A stretch of 64,000 nt of DNA from an uncultured Candidatus Saccharibacteria bacterium (GCA_964464735.1 CAYXKF010000001.1:35690-99689), one strand, 5' to 3'. Counted from the first letter of the stretch, positions 39,907 to 49,705 are shown. The notes: a model not told the origin generated them from the letters alone. Numbers and translations are program-made.

Positions 39907-41016
39907 TTAAGTGTTAACTAATGATTGAACCCCAATTGCTCTTAATTGGCTTTGGGGAAGCATGTAGTTGAAAAGTGCCTTGTCGTCAACCTTACCGTTT
40001 TTGTCGGTAAATTCTGCGATAAGTAGTTTTGCAACTTCAGCTTCGCCTTCACCATGCTTGATGGCAATTTCTTTTTCTGTTTCTGCCTGCAGAAGCTTCT
40101 TCTTTAATATGGTTATTAAAAGAATTTCACGCAATAAATCACGAGTTGCTTCGTCGGAAGGGTTCATATACACAATAGCGGTATTATGAGTTTTGAATCC
40201 GAATTCAGCATCAAAACCTTGAGCTAGTTTCTTGTAGCTCTGATCTTCGATCATCTTTTTTCGCTCGTCGTCACTGTACGATTGGAAGGTGTAATTAAGT
40301 ATGTCGAATATCGGTGCGATTTTTACGCTGTCAGTACTAAGAAGCATTTCTGCCGTCTGGTCGTTTCCAAAATCACGCAAGGCAGGTTCGTACGAGGTAT
40401 GGAGTACCTGATAAAAACCACCTGGAGTGCCTGATTGAATACGATAGTCAGTAGATTCGATATCAGTGAGAATCATTACGTTGAACTTTGCGCCTTTCTC
40501 AAATAATTCCAATTCGTTGTAAAGTATCCCTACGTTAGTTATTTCTTCGCGAAGAATTCCAGGATCCAGTTTTTTTTCTATAAGTCTGGGTTTTTCGCCT
40601 TCCTGGGTTGAAGGAGGTATTTCCTGGTAACTTACAACTTCTTTTGAGCGGACGCCGGGCATCCAACTGCTGTAGCGATAAAGCTTAAGAAATTTGTTAA
40701 CGAATGATTCCTTTGGTAATTGCGCCAATTCATCAGGAGTAAGGTTGTCGAAAACTTTTCCTGAAGTGTGGATAAGCCGGCCTCTATGCCTACTTTCTCC
40801 AAGCACTCCAACGAATCTTCCGAATAGGGTATATACTACAACTTCTCCGGTTCTTTGTGGGCCCCGTCCCCAAAATATTTCTTTCGTCATCCCAAAAAGG
40901 TAGGCGAAAGGTAGTTCTAATGTAAGGAGGCTTTTTATAGCTTCAATGATGATTTTCCCTAAAGACCAGTCATTAGCTTGGGCCTCTTCGATGCGGTTTG
41001 GATTAATTTGATTCAT
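39907..41016 (-). CDS. putative divergent SPFH/band-7-like protein (orphan cassette, gene 1)
   Basis: GEVVVYTLFGRF after a hydrophobic N-terminal segment; C-terminal AETEKEIAIKHGEGEAE coil typical of SPFH proteins. Confidence 0.55.
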   Translation of the reverse strand: MNQINPNRIEEAQANDWSLGKIIIEAIKSLLTLELPFAYLFGMTKEIFWGRGPQRTGEVVVYTLFGRFVGVLGESRHRGRLIHTSGKVFDNLTPDELAQLPKESFVNKFLKLYRYSSWMPGVRSKEVVSYQEIPPSTQEGEKPRLIEKKLDPGILREEITNVGILYNELELFEKGAKFNVMILTDIESTDYRIQSGTPGGFYQVLHTSYEPALRDFGNDQTAEMLLSTDSVKIAPIFDILNYTFQSYSDDERKKMIEDQSYKKLAQGFDAEFGFKTHNTAIVYMNPSDEATRDLLREILLITILKKKLLQAETEKEIAIKHGEGEAEVAKLLIAEFTDKNGKVDDKALFNYMLPQSQLRAIGVQSLVNT

Positions 41017-41086
41017 CCTTTTCTGTTTTATTTTTGTTTACAAATATTGTTTTTTCAAAGGGCTATCAATACGATAGCTTGGTAGT

Positions 41087-41115
41087 ATTATATCATATTT
41101 AAACTATAAAGTCAA
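41087..41115 (-). promoter_or_regulatory. sigma70-type promoter of 39907..41016
   Basis: Minus strand TTGACT-17nt-TATAAT. Confidence 0.7.
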
Positions 41116-41170
41116 GGTAGGGGAACGTCAAAAAAGCCTTATTTTTCAATAAGAATTACCCAAAACCGGT

Positions 41171-41617
41171 CTATTCGACCTTGACGATGATTTTTTTATC
41201 AATACCTAAAAAGCTGCCGGCGTGGATTGCCGAAAGCAGTAAAAGACAAATAAAGTAAATAACGTAGTGGTTTACCAGGTATCCGCCGTCGGTTGTGTAC
41301 GGAAAAGTAAGGGTCGGTAAATATAAAAGCATCATGATGATCATACCAATGGTCGTAAAAAAGCGCAGATAAAAACCTAAGATTACGGCAATGCCGACAA
41401 CAACTAAAATCCAAGGAATTGCTGCGTCAAAAATACCAACGATCTTTGCTGATGCAAGCCAGTCGTACACTTGGGGCAGTGTTGCTGATTTTGCAAACGT
41501 TGATTGTAGGCTCCAGGCGGCGTCCTTAAGCGCGCTGATGCCTTGGTAGGTCAAAAGCCATCCGATTGCGATGCGCAAAAATAACACAGCGCCTTTAGTG
41601 AAGTTGGAAATTTCCAT
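41171..41617 (-). CDS. DoxX family membrane protein
   Basis: LRIAIGW..G, GIAVILG..LR, LVNHYVIY, GSFLGID. Confidence 0.8.
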   Translation of the reverse strand: MEISNFTKGAVLFLRIAIGWLLTYQGISALKDAAWSLQSTFAKSATLPQVYDWLASAKIVGIFDAAIPWILVVVGIAVILGFYLRFFTTIGMIIMMLLYLPTLTFPYTTDGGYLVNHYVIYFICLLLLSAIHAGSFLGIDKKIIVKVE

Positions 41618-41704
41618 ACGCATAAGTATACATCACTCGAAACGATAATAAAACAGGGGACATTGATATAGGGCGTCCTCTCTGCTATAGTACAACTCGT
41701 TTTA

Positions 41705-41776
41705 GGCGTGGTGGCGAAGTGGTAACGCTTCGGTCTGCAAAACCGACATGCGCGGGTTCAATTCCCGCCCACGCCT
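41705..41776 (+). tRNA. tRNA-Cys (GCA)
   Basis: TCGGT-CTGCAAA-ACCGA anticodon arm, U discriminator. Confidence 0.93.
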
Positions 41777-41825
41777 CAAGGTTGATTTTACGCAGAAATG
41801 CAGTAAGATAGCTTTCGTGTTTAAT

Positions 41826-41906
41826 GCCGGGGTGGTGAAATGGCAGACACACCTGCCTTAGGAGCAGGCGCCGCAAGGCATGGAGGTTCAAGTCCTCTCC
41901 CCGGCA
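41826..41906 (+). tRNA. tRNA-Leu (TAG)
   Basis: CCTGC-CTTAGGA-GCAGG with long variable arm. Confidence 0.94.
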
Positions 41907-41932
41907 CATGTGGAATACACGTATTCCAACAT

Positions 41933-42005
41933 CCGCCCGTAGCTCAGTTGGTAGAGCAGTCGCCTCTTAAGCGAACGGTCCTTGGTTCGAATCCAAGCGG
42001 GCGGA
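41933..42005 (+). tRNA. tRNA-Lys (CTT)
   Basis: CCGCCCG/CGGGCGG acceptor; TCGC-CTCTTAA-GCGA. Confidence 0.92.
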
Positions 42006-42016
42006 CAGACAGTCAT

Positions 42017-42099
42017 GCCCGAGTGGCGGAATGGTTTACGCAGAGGACTTAAAATCCTTCCCCTTCAACGGGTTGTGGGTTCGACTCCCACCTCGGGCA
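42017..42099 (+). tRNA. tRNA-Leu (TAA)
   Basis: AGGA-CTTAAAA-TCCT with long variable arm. Confidence 0.93.
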
Positions 42100-42423
42100 C
42101 TAGTTTTTTTCTTCGGCTATAAGTCGATAAATAACATCGCGCTTCTTGGCGCCGTCATCAATATGCCATGCGTATGTCTTAGGAAGCATGCCGCGCGTAT
42201 TCTTTTTTAAGTATGTCTTGATATCGACAATATGCTTTTGCAAAAAGCGCAGCGCATCTTTTTCGTACTTTTCGGGTAATACGCTTACACCGACGGTTGC
42301 GTGCGAAATATCCGGCGAAAGTTCAAGGCGTGCGACGGTGATAAGTGAATCACGGTTGGCATTTTTAGTAACCCATTGGGCAATCTGTTTTTGCAATTCT
42401 TTTTCAAGCGCTTCTTTTTTCAT
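42100..42423 (-). CDS. rbfA: ribosome-binding factor A
   Basis: LITVARLELSPDISHATVGVSVLP; directly downstream of infB. Confidence 0.88.
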   Translation of the reverse strand: MKKEALEKELQKQIAQWVTKNANRDSLITVARLELSPDISHATVGVSVLPEKYEKDALRFLQKHIVDIKTYLKKNTRGMLPKTYAWHIDDGAKKRDVIYRLIAEEKN

Positions 42424-42425
42424 AA

Positions 42426-43895
42426 TTATTCAAAGTGTGATGCGATTAATGTTTCGCCACCGTTAAATTCGATAGGCGATTCGACCAGTAAGCCACATTC
42501 GGTTTCGGCTCGCGCAACGTCGGCTTCAATTTTGCCAAGCTTGATCATGGTTATTTTACCTTTGCCAATGCGTTCGTCGCCGCGTTCAATCTGAATTAGT
42601 TCGTCTTGTTTAAAAAGCCCGTCAGTAATACGGCAACCCAACACGGTACCGCTTTTAGTTGCACTAAATACCTTAAGCACTTTTGCCTTGCCAGTGATAA
42701 TTTCAACCGGTTCGCGCACGGTGCGCTTTTCACGTTCGGCCTCAAGCCATTCAGTCAATTTGTAAATGATGCTAAATTGCTCGACGGTCGCATATTGGCG
42801 TTCGTCCATAGTAAGCACGCGGCTGTCTTCTTTGACGTTAAAACCAAAAACGATCGAGCCGGTGCTGCTAGCTGCTAGTTGTATGTCAGATTCGTTAATG
42901 TCGCCGATGCCAGTCTTGATGATCTTAAACAAAATGTATTCGTTGCTGCGCTTTTTAATTTCGCTTTCAATTGCTTCGATGCTGCCAAACGTATCGCCTT
43001 TGATGATAATTGGTACGACTAAGCGCTTGTCGTTTTCATCGACTTGTTGCTGTACTTTTTGGCTGACCAATTCGCGATACACACGCAGTGCATCCTCGGC
43101 CTCTTTTTTAGTAGCGTAGGTTTCAAAGTGCGCACCAACGCGGGGAAGTGCGTCAAAACCAATTACTGTTACTGGGCTTGACGCGCTTGGCTCGATAATT
43201 GCCTTGCCTAAAAAGTTTTCCAAAATGCGTGTGGTCGACATATTGCCCTCGATCACGATAAAGCCGCCTTTGGGGATGATTCCTTGCTTAATAATAAGTG
43301 TTGCTGAAATGCCACGCTTTTTATCAAGGTGTGATTCGATCACGAAGCCTGATGCGGGAACGGCAGGGTCATGGGTAAAGTTTTCCATTTCGGCTGAAAG
43401 CAAGATCATGTCAAGTAATTCACTAATGCCTTCGCCGGTTTTTGCCGAGACATTAATGGCGGCCACAGTTCCGCCGTAGCCTTCGACAAACACGCCATGC
43501 TCCATAAGATCAGCTTTTACTTTTTCAGGGTTTGCGTTTGGTTTATCGATTTTGTTGACGGCAACAATAAAAGGAACTTTTTTATCCAAAATAGTATTGA
43601 TCGCTTCAACTGTTTGCGCCTTAACCGAATCTTCGGCCGATACAACCAATATTGCAATATCGGCAACGTTCGCACCGCGGTAGCGCATGTTGGTAAATGC
43701 TGCGTGACCTGGCGTATCAATAAAAGTAATTTTTTCGCCTGCATGTTCAACTTCGTATGCCGAGATGTGCTGCGTAATGCCGCCCGCTTCGGTCGCGACC
43801 ACATTTGATTTGCGAATATAATCAAGAAGCGTCGACTTTCCGTGGTCGACGTGTCCCATGATTACTACAACTGGTGATCGCTTAATGGTGCTCAT
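42426..43895 (-). CDS. infB: translation initiation factor IF-2 (no N-terminal extension)
   Basis: MGHVDHGKST, EAGGITQHI, DTPGHAAF, NKID, IIYKL, ECG. Confidence 0.97.
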   Translation of the reverse strand: MSTIKRSPVVVIMGHVDHGKSTLLDYIRKSNVVATEAGGITQHISAYEVEHAGEKITFIDTPGHAAFTNMRYRGANVADIAILVVSAEDSVKAQTVEAINTILDKKVPFIVAVNKIDKPNANPEKVKADLMEHGVFVEGYGGTVAAINVSAKTGEGISELLDMILLSAEMENFTHDPAVPASGFVIESHLDKKRGISATLIIKQGIIPKGGFIVIEGNMSTTRILENFLGKAIIEPSASSPVTVIGFDALPRVGAHFETYATKKEAEDALRVYRELVSQKVQQQVDENDKRLVVPIIIKGDTFGSIEAIESEIKKRSNEYILFKIIKTGIGDINESDIQLAASSTGSIVFGFNVKEDSRVLTMDERQYATVEQFSIIYKLTEWLEAEREKRTVREPVEIITGKAKVLKVFSATKSGTVLGCRITDGLFKQDELIQIERGDERIGKGKITMIKLGKIEADVARAETECGLLVESPIEFNGGETLIASHFE

Positions 43896-43900
43896 AGTGT

Positions 43901-44356
43901 TTATGCACTGTTAAGTGCAATATGGATTGCTGTCTCTTCTTCTTCGCTTAAATCGAAATCAACCGTGCCATTTTTAATTTGCTTGGTAAACAATTGCAAT
44001 CGTTCGCGTACTGATAAAAAAGTAATGAGGTAGCCTGATTTTTGTTCATTCAATAATGCTAATGCAAAGCTTTGGTTGCCGCCTAGATCGGGAAGGGCGT
44101 TAAATTTCACAAACCCAGTGTAGCGAATAGCGCCTTGCACTTTTGTTTGAAGTTCGGCGATAAGTGCCTCGGCATTTGCTTGTTTGCGCTGAAGTGCCTT
44201 GATGTCGGCACCAAGCAAGCGAATGACATCTTCAAGCGAATCAGCCTTTTTTCCGCGAAGCAGCTTGCTGATGCGCATGCCGTTAAGTGTCGTGATAATG
44301 CACGCGATAAATGATAGAACCAAACTGATTGCAAGAATGATAAGTTGGGTTGACAT
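43901..44356 (-). CDS. DUF4446 family protein
   Basis: TM plus coil, G.VKFNA..D.GGNQSFALALLN, LSEEE. Confidence 0.85.
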   Translation of the reverse strand: MSTQLIILAISLVLSFIACIITTLNGMRISKLLRGKKADSLEDVIRLLGADIKALQRKQANAEALIAELQTKVQGAIRYTGFVKFNALPDLGGNQSFALALLNEQKSGYLITFLSVRERLQLFTKQIKNGTVDFDLSEEEETAIHIALNSA

Positions 44357-44409
44357 ATAGGGGCGATTATACATATATTTAGCAGAGTTTCAATGTATTT
44401 ATTACCACT

Positions 44410-45624
44410 ATGCGCTTATTTACCCGCAAACCACTATATTTTGACAGTGCGTCTGGGCAGCCAGTATCCGCAAAGGTGCTGCGTTACATGCGTTCGATTC
44501 AAGAAACTTCCGATATTAACCCAAGCGGCCTTTGTGGCGTGCATCAAAAGTCACGCGCACTTCTTGAAGATGCACGCAAAAGTATCGCCAAAGAAATAGC
44601 CGCATTGCCGCGCCAGGTTGTTTTTACGCACAGCGGGACCGAATCAAATGCTTTGGCCGTAGGTGGTATGTTGTCAAAACTGTTTAGCGAAGGGAAGCGT
44701 GACATGCATGTTATTACAACTGCAATCGAACATAGCTCAGTGCATCATTTGCTTGATCAGTACGCATCCGTGTATTCATTTACTGTTCACTTTGCATCTT
44801 TAGAAAACGGCCAAGTCGATATTAAAGCTCTGCGTGAAATGATCATTGCACTTAAGCCGGTGTTGATTTCGATACAGTATGTAAACAGCGAAACTGGCAT
44901 TATTCAAGATATTCGCGAAATTGCGCGTGCTATTCGTCATGCAAAAAAACAAGATCAAACGATCGAAACGCTGTTGCATACGGACGCAGCACAGGCACAA
45001 TACTGTGATTTGCATATTGACCGATTGGGCGTTGACTTTATGTCATTTTCAAGCGGAAAAATTGGCGGCCCACGGGGTGCTGCTGCGTTGTTTGTTCGCG
45101 ACCAAAAAAATATCATGGGCTATTTAGGTAAAGGTTCGCAAGAATACGGGCTATTTTCGGGAACCGAAAATGTGTTGGCAATTGCCGGCTTTGCGTATGC
45201 GTTTTCGTTGGCTCGTGATAACTACGAACAAAAAGCAAAACAACTTGCAGAGCTTCGAAGCTATCTTATAACCCAACTTCAAAAAGATATTCCTGAATGT
45301 GAAATCAACCAGGCAGCTTTAGTTGATATGCAATCACCGCATGTTGTGTCGGTTTCGATCCCCAATGCGCTTTCGGAACAATTGGTGATCGAACTTGATG
45401 CAAGGGGAATTGTCAGTTCGGCAAAGTCAGCATGCGAGTCGTTTGACGGTGGTCCGTCGCATGTCATCCGTGCGCTGTATGGTAACGTGCGTGACAGCTG
45501 GGGAACCGTGCGATTTTCGTTTGATAATTCTATTTCAAAAAGTGATGCTCGGTATGCGTCAAATGTTTTAGGTAAAACAATCAAAAAGATACGTAATATC
45601 CAAAGCCGTTTTAAGATAATTTAA
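44410..45624 (+). CDS. cysteine desulfurase (class V PLP)
   Basis: YFDSAS, FTHSGTESN, IEHSSV, HTDAAQ, SSGKIGGP (PLP Lys), SAKSACE (catalytic Cys). Confidence 0.9.
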   Translation: MRLFTRKPLYFDSASGQPVSAKVLRYMRSIQETSDINPSGLCGVHQKSRALLEDARKSIAKEIAALPRQVVFTHSGTESNALAVGGMLSKLFSEGKRDMHVITTAIEHSSVHHLLDQYASVYSFTVHFASLENGQVDIKALREMIIALKPVLISIQYVNSETGIIQDIREIARAIRHAKKQDQTIETLLHTDAAQAQYCDLHIDRLGVDFMSFSSGKIGGPRGAAALFVRDQKNIMGYLGKGSQEYGLFSGTENVLAIAGFAYAFSLARDNYEQKAKQLAELRSYLITQLQKDIPECEINQAALVDMQSPHVVSVSIPNALSEQLVIELDARGIVSSAKSACESFDGGPSHVIRALYGNVRDSWGTVRFSFDNSISKSDARYASNVLGKTIKKIRNIQSRFKII

Positions 45625-45639
45625 TATCAATGCAGCTGT

Positions 45640-45667
45640 TTGACATTCTCTTTTTGAAGGGTAGTAT
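45640..45667 (+). promoter_or_regulatory. sigma70-type promoter of 45689..46915
   Basis: TTGACA-16nt-TAGTAT. Confidence 0.6.
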
Positions 45668-45688
45668 TTGTTGCAAATCCTTCTCAAG

Positions 45689-46915
45689 ATGAAAGCAAAA
45701 ATCTCACCAAACAACCCGCTTGATCCTTTTACTATGGATTATCATATCAATGTAATGTTGGCCATATCACTTTTGAATCGTTACAAAACACCATTGTACT
45801 TATGCAATGGGATACAACTCACCAATACGCTGTTTCATGTTGAAAACGGCGACGGCACGTTTAAACACGCCTTGCTGGAATTCCAGAACGCTGATATTGC
45901 CCACACCTGTGGCTCGTATTTAAAAAATGCATTTCCTGCTCATTTAAGCAAGTTGGTAGAAATGCCGGCTAATTCTGTTTCAAAAAAGGTTGGTATTATA
46001 ACCAACGGTACAGATTTAAGTGAGTATGAGTTTGTATTAGATACTGCTACCACAGAAACTACTACTCCGGCTATACTGCCGGAGGATGAGGATGAGCTTA
46101 CAATTTACGTACCATTAGAGGTACCCGAACAGACACCTATTAAAGAAGTTGCTGAAACAAAAATTGAAAAACAAATCGAAGAAAAATTAAATAACAAAAA
46201 TCAACAAACTGATATGAATAAGAATGCAAACATAAAGAAAGAAATTAGCGCGGTAATGCGTGAGCGTGAACTGAATGAGGGCGCCGACTATTCAATGACT
46301 GTCAAAGATAGTGATGGAGGCGCATATGCGGAAATTGCCCTTAAAGGAGGTGCTCAAAAGTTGGCTAACCTTGTTGTCCTATCACTTAAAAACAAAGGTT
46401 TGAAAGCTGTAAAGTTAAAAGGCACTAATACTATCAGCGTAGAGATTGTAAAAGGCGTAGAGGCAAAACCATCATCTTCTGTCAAAGGGGGTGATAAAAA
46501 AGCCGCTAAACAAAATAAGCCAATTCAGAAGCGCAAGTACGTTCGCAGGGTTGAAAAGCCTGTTGCTAAAAAAGTACCTGTTAAGGCTAAGGCAAAGACG
46601 GTAGTTGCAAAACCCTTAAAACCCCGTAAGGCTAAGACCGGTCTTAACTCTGATGCCCTAATCGAACAGATTTTCTGTTCGCTTGGCGAGGAAAAAGTTA
46701 AGGAGATTGCATTGGGTTTGGGATTTGAACTTTTAGATGAAACATCAGGTCAGCTTGATGCTGATACATTATTTGCCGTATTGAAGAAGAATAATTTAGC
46801 GATTGTTCCTGTAAATGAAGCAGTAACCGATGTAAAATTTACTGTAGCCAAAGGCTTTACCTACAAAGTAAATGCTGTTGGTACAAGAAAAATGAGAGAA
46901 CTGCTGAATGCATAA
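45689..46915 (+). CDS. orphan protein with acidic linker and Lys/Ala/Pro-rich segment
   Basis: Long AT-rich ORF; KRKYVRRVEKPVAKKVPVKAKAK. Confidence 0.7.
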   Translation: MKAKISPNNPLDPFTMDYHINVMLAISLLNRYKTPLYLCNGIQLTNTLFHVENGDGTFKHALLEFQNADIAHTCGSYLKNAFPAHLSKLVEMPANSVSKKVGIITNGTDLSEYEFVLDTATTETTTPAILPEDEDELTIYVPLEVPEQTPIKEVAETKIEKQIEEKLNNKNQQTDMNKNANIKKEISAVMRERELNEGADYSMTVKDSDGGAYAEIALKGGAQKLANLVVLSLKNKGLKAVKLKGTNTISVEIVKGVEAKPSSSVKGGDKKAAKQNKPIQKRKYVRRVEKPVAKKVPVKAKAKTVVAKPLKPRKAKTGLNSDALIEQIFCSLGEEKVKEIALGLGFELLDETSGQLDADTLFAVLKKNNLAIVPVNEAVTDVKFTVAKGFTYKVNAVGTRKMRELLNA

Positions 46916-46935
46916 TTTAGCAAAACAGGTTAAGC

Positions 46936-46965
46936 AAAATGCTGTCCGTAATAGGGCAGCATTTT
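46936..46965. terminator. bidirectional terminator
   Basis: AAAATGCTGTCC-GTAATA-GGGCAGCATTTT. Confidence 0.78.
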
Positions 46966-47545
46966 AGTTTTCTTTTTCAATTTTTTTAAGGATCGATGGG
47001 ATTTTGGCAAAATCTTCAATTAATATTTCGCGCATGCCGCCGTTGTATAACGCCGAGGCTGGATGGTACAGCGGTAAAAAATATTCGGTATTTATATGCT
47101 TAAATTTTTTGTGTATTAATTTTCCGTGCACTGCAGAAATTTTTAAATCAGGAAAAAAGTCGTTCATCGAATGGCGGCCTAAAAAGATAATTACTTTTGG
47201 TGCGATAAAATTCAATTCGGCATAGAGCCATGGCGCGCATGCAGCTTTTTCAGAAGGCTCGGGATCGCGATTATTTGGTGGGCGGTATTTGACAATGTTG
47301 GTTATATAAATGTCTTCGCGCTTCATGCCAATGGTGCCAAGCATTTCGTTTAAAAATTTACCCGCGGCGCCGACAAAGGGAATGCCTTGTTGGTCTTCGC
47401 TTTTGCCCGGCGCCTCGCCAATAAAGACAATCTGGCTTTTAGGGTTTCCGTTGCCAAACACGGGTTGGGTCGCCGTCTTTTTTAGGGCAATGTCGGTCAA
47501 TTGGTGAAAATGGGTATGAAGGTCGGTTAGTTTGTTAAATTCCAT
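46964..47545 (-). CDS. uracil-DNA glycosylase, family 4
   Basis: IGEAPG..ED..G.PFVG.AG, YITNIVKYRPPNNRDP, YHPAS.LY. Confidence 0.93.
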   Translation of the reverse strand: MEFNKLTDLHTHFHQLTDIALKKTATQPVFGNGNPKSQIVFIGEAPGKSEDQQGIPFVGAAGKFLNEMLGTIGMKREDIYITNIVKYRPPNNRDPEPSEKAACAPWLYAELNFIAPKVIIFLGRHSMNDFFPDLKISAVHGKLIHKKFKHINTEYFLPLYHPASALYNGGMREILIEDFAKIPSILKKIEKEN

Positions 47546-47619
47546 GCCTTTATATTAGCGTTAAAGGCTTACTATGCCAACCTTGATTTTGGCCTGTAAT
47601 TAAAGTACCATCGCCATAT

Positions 47620-47889
47620 ATGTTAGGAGGAATATTTTCTAAACTTAAAAACGCGGCGATCGGCAAGCTTTTGGAAAAGCAGCTTTCGCAATTACCACCC
47701 GAATACCGCGATATGGTTTTAAAGGCTGTCGAAGCGAATCCAAAATTCTTTAAGCAAATTGCCGACGAAGTCGAAGAAGCCAAGAAAAAGGGGATGAACG
47801 AACAGTATGCAACCATGCAGGTAATGGCAAAACACAAAGATCAAATGCAAAAGCTGTTCATGGATGCTGTTTCGGGCGAACAAAAGTAA
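47620..47889 (+). CDS. small helical hypothetical protein
   Basis: 89 aa directly upstream of ychF; NPKFFKQIADE. Confidence 0.7.
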   Translation: MLGGIFSKLKNAAIGKLLEKQLSQLPPEYRDMVLKAVEANPKFFKQIADEVEEAKKKGMNEQYATMQVMAKHKDQMQKLFMDAVSGEQK

Positions 47890-47898
47890 TTTAACCTT

Positions 47899-49008
47899 AT
47901 GAAACTTTCGATCGGAATTGTAGGCCTGCCAAACGTGGGCAAATCAACTTTTTTTAACGCGCTTACCAAAAACGCGGTTCCTGCCGCGAACTACCCGTTT
48001 TGCACTATTGACCCGTCGGTCGGCATTGTTGCGGTACCTGATGAACGGTTGCAAATACTCTCAAATTTCTCAAAATCAGCAAAAACTATTCCGGCAGCGA
48101 TCGAATTTGTTGATATTGCGGGACTTGTCGAAGGCGCCGCATCAGGCCAAGGTTTGGGCAATCAATTTTTGTCGCACATTCGCGAAACGGACGCAATTTT
48201 AGAAATGGTGCGCATTTTTCCTATTACCGGCGCGGGTGATGACATTACACATGTGTATGGAACGGTAGACCCTTTGAGGGATATTGGCGTCATTAATATG
48301 GAACTGATGCTTGCTGATTTGCAAACCGTTGAAAAGCGCCTTGCAAACATTGGCCGTGATATAAAGCGTGGTGACAAAGATGCGGTTGCCGAGGGGGCGA
48401 TTTTGGAAAAATTAAAAGTCGCGCTTGAATCAGGTCACATGGCAAACACGGTTTCGATTCTTGAACCCGAAGAAAAAGCGGTAAAGCAATTAAACTTACT
48501 TACGACTAAAAAATTTATTTACGGATTAAATAAGCGCTCGGGCGTTGATAATTTAGATAAGACTGATGCAACAAAGTTTAGCGAACTAACCAAAGCAATC
48601 GAAGCAATGGGATCCCAGTGGGTGGTTATTGATGCGAAGCTTGAAGACGAATTAAAAGAATTTGAAGGCGCTGAAAAAGATACCCTTCGCGAAACATACG
48701 GCGAACATGAAGATGGGGTGCGTGACCTCATTAAGGCGTGCTATAAACTGCTTGGCCTTGAAACATACCTAACAACTGGTCCCGACGAAACCCGTGCATG
48801 GACGATTGCGAAAAATTCGACCGCTCCGGTTGCTGCAGCCGCGATTCATACTGATTTTCAAAATAAGTTTATCCGCGCCGAAGTGGTATTTTGGCAAGAT
48901 TTGATTGATGCCGGCAGTTACGGCGAAGCGCGTGCAAAAGGAAAGGTGCGTGTCGAAGGAAAGGAATACATTGTAAAAGACGGGGATGTTATTGAATTTC
49001 GCATTTAA
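47899..49008 (+). CDS. ychF: ribosome-binding ATPase YchF
   Basis: GIVGLPNVGKST, NYPFCTIDP, DIAGLV, EGKEYIVKDGD. Confidence 0.97.
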   Translation: MKLSIGIVGLPNVGKSTFFNALTKNAVPAANYPFCTIDPSVGIVAVPDERLQILSNFSKSAKTIPAAIEFVDIAGLVEGAASGQGLGNQFLSHIRETDAILEMVRIFPITGAGDDITHVYGTVDPLRDIGVINMELMLADLQTVEKRLANIGRDIKRGDKDAVAEGAILEKLKVALESGHMANTVSILEPEEKAVKQLNLLTTKKFIYGLNKRSGVDNLDKTDATKFSELTKAIEAMGSQWVVIDAKLEDELKEFEGAEKDTLRETYGEHEDGVRDLIKACYKLLGLETYLTTGPDETRAWTIAKNSTAPVAAAAIHTDFQNKFIRAEVVFWQDLIDAGSYGEARAKGKVRVEGKEYIVKDGDVIEFRI

Positions 49009-49035
49009 CTTTTAAGAAAGGGCTCTTGGGCACTT

Positions 49036-49063
49036 TTGACATATTACAAAAAGCATGTAATAT
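49036..49063 (+). promoter_or_regulatory. sigma70-type promoter of 49109..49660
   Basis: TTGACA-16nt-TAATAT. Confidence 0.6.
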
Positions 49064-49108
49064 AAATTTGAAACCAATTTAGTTAACATATTTTAAAAGT
49101 GAGTAATT

Positions 49109-49660
49109 ATGGACCAAAGTGTAGTTAATTACCTAAATGAATGTCAGCAAGGTGCCCGATGTAAAACAGAATTGAAGGCCATTGGCCCTTTTTATTTTCT
49201 TGAGATGCATTTCCCCGAGCAGTGGGATATTCCACGCGAACATTACGATAATCTTATTAAGCGTGATGGTTCAGAGAAATCCGGATATATATTGTTTACG
49301 GATGAGATGAAAGGCGATCGTGATCCAAAGCCAAAAACATTGCGACTTTGTGGAGTAGATCAAGACGCGCCATTTAAAACATTGCGTGAGGCTGAATCTA
49401 TTTTGCAGACATATGGCATGTATCCACCTACAATAAAGGAGATGTCATATGCGTATCATAATTTACTCGAAGGAACTCGACATCCTTATATTGCGACCTT
49501 TAATAAGGTTATCGAGAAATTACCGATAGGAAGTCCACGCAATGGCACTATCATATTGCCCTCATCGTATCGACCAGCTCAAAAAAACTTTGTGGTTGAC
49601 GTGGGGGTACAACCATTCGATAAAAACATTACTCTTATTGCAGCAGTAACCGTTCATTAA
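49109..49660 (+). CDS. orphan soluble protein (cassette)
   Basis: 183 aa ORF with its own promoter and terminator. Confidence 0.68.
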   Translation: MDQSVVNYLNECQQGARCKTELKAIGPFYFLEMHFPEQWDIPREHYDNLIKRDGSEKSGYILFTDEMKGDRDPKPKTLRLCGVDQDAPFKTLREAESILQTYGMYPPTIKEMSYAYHNLLEGTRHPYIATFNKVIEKLPIGSPRNGTIILPSSYRPAQKNFVVDVGVQPFDKNITLIAAVTVH

Positions 49661-49677
49661 CGCACAGTTTAAAAAAT

Positions 49678-49705
49678 AAAGCCCCGAGCAAAATGCCGGG
49701 GCTTT
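49678..49705. terminator. bidirectional terminator (orphan gene / tmRNA)
   Basis: AAAGCCCCG...CGGGGCTTT. Confidence 0.72.

Noticed and set aside
41911-41928. TGGAATAC-AC-GTATTCCA palindrome between tRNA-Leu and tRNA-Lys
   Set aside because: A short single-copy spacer hairpin, at most a processing signal.
41685-42052. Short ORFs over tRNA genes (also 5926..6108, 8739..8942, 9360..9614, 18867..19067, 56226..56456)
   Set aside because: They are translations of tRNA sequences.
41705-42099. tRNA clusters as integration sites for the orphan cassettes
   Set aside because: I saw no duplicated tRNA 3' ends, and most cassettes are not next to tRNAs.
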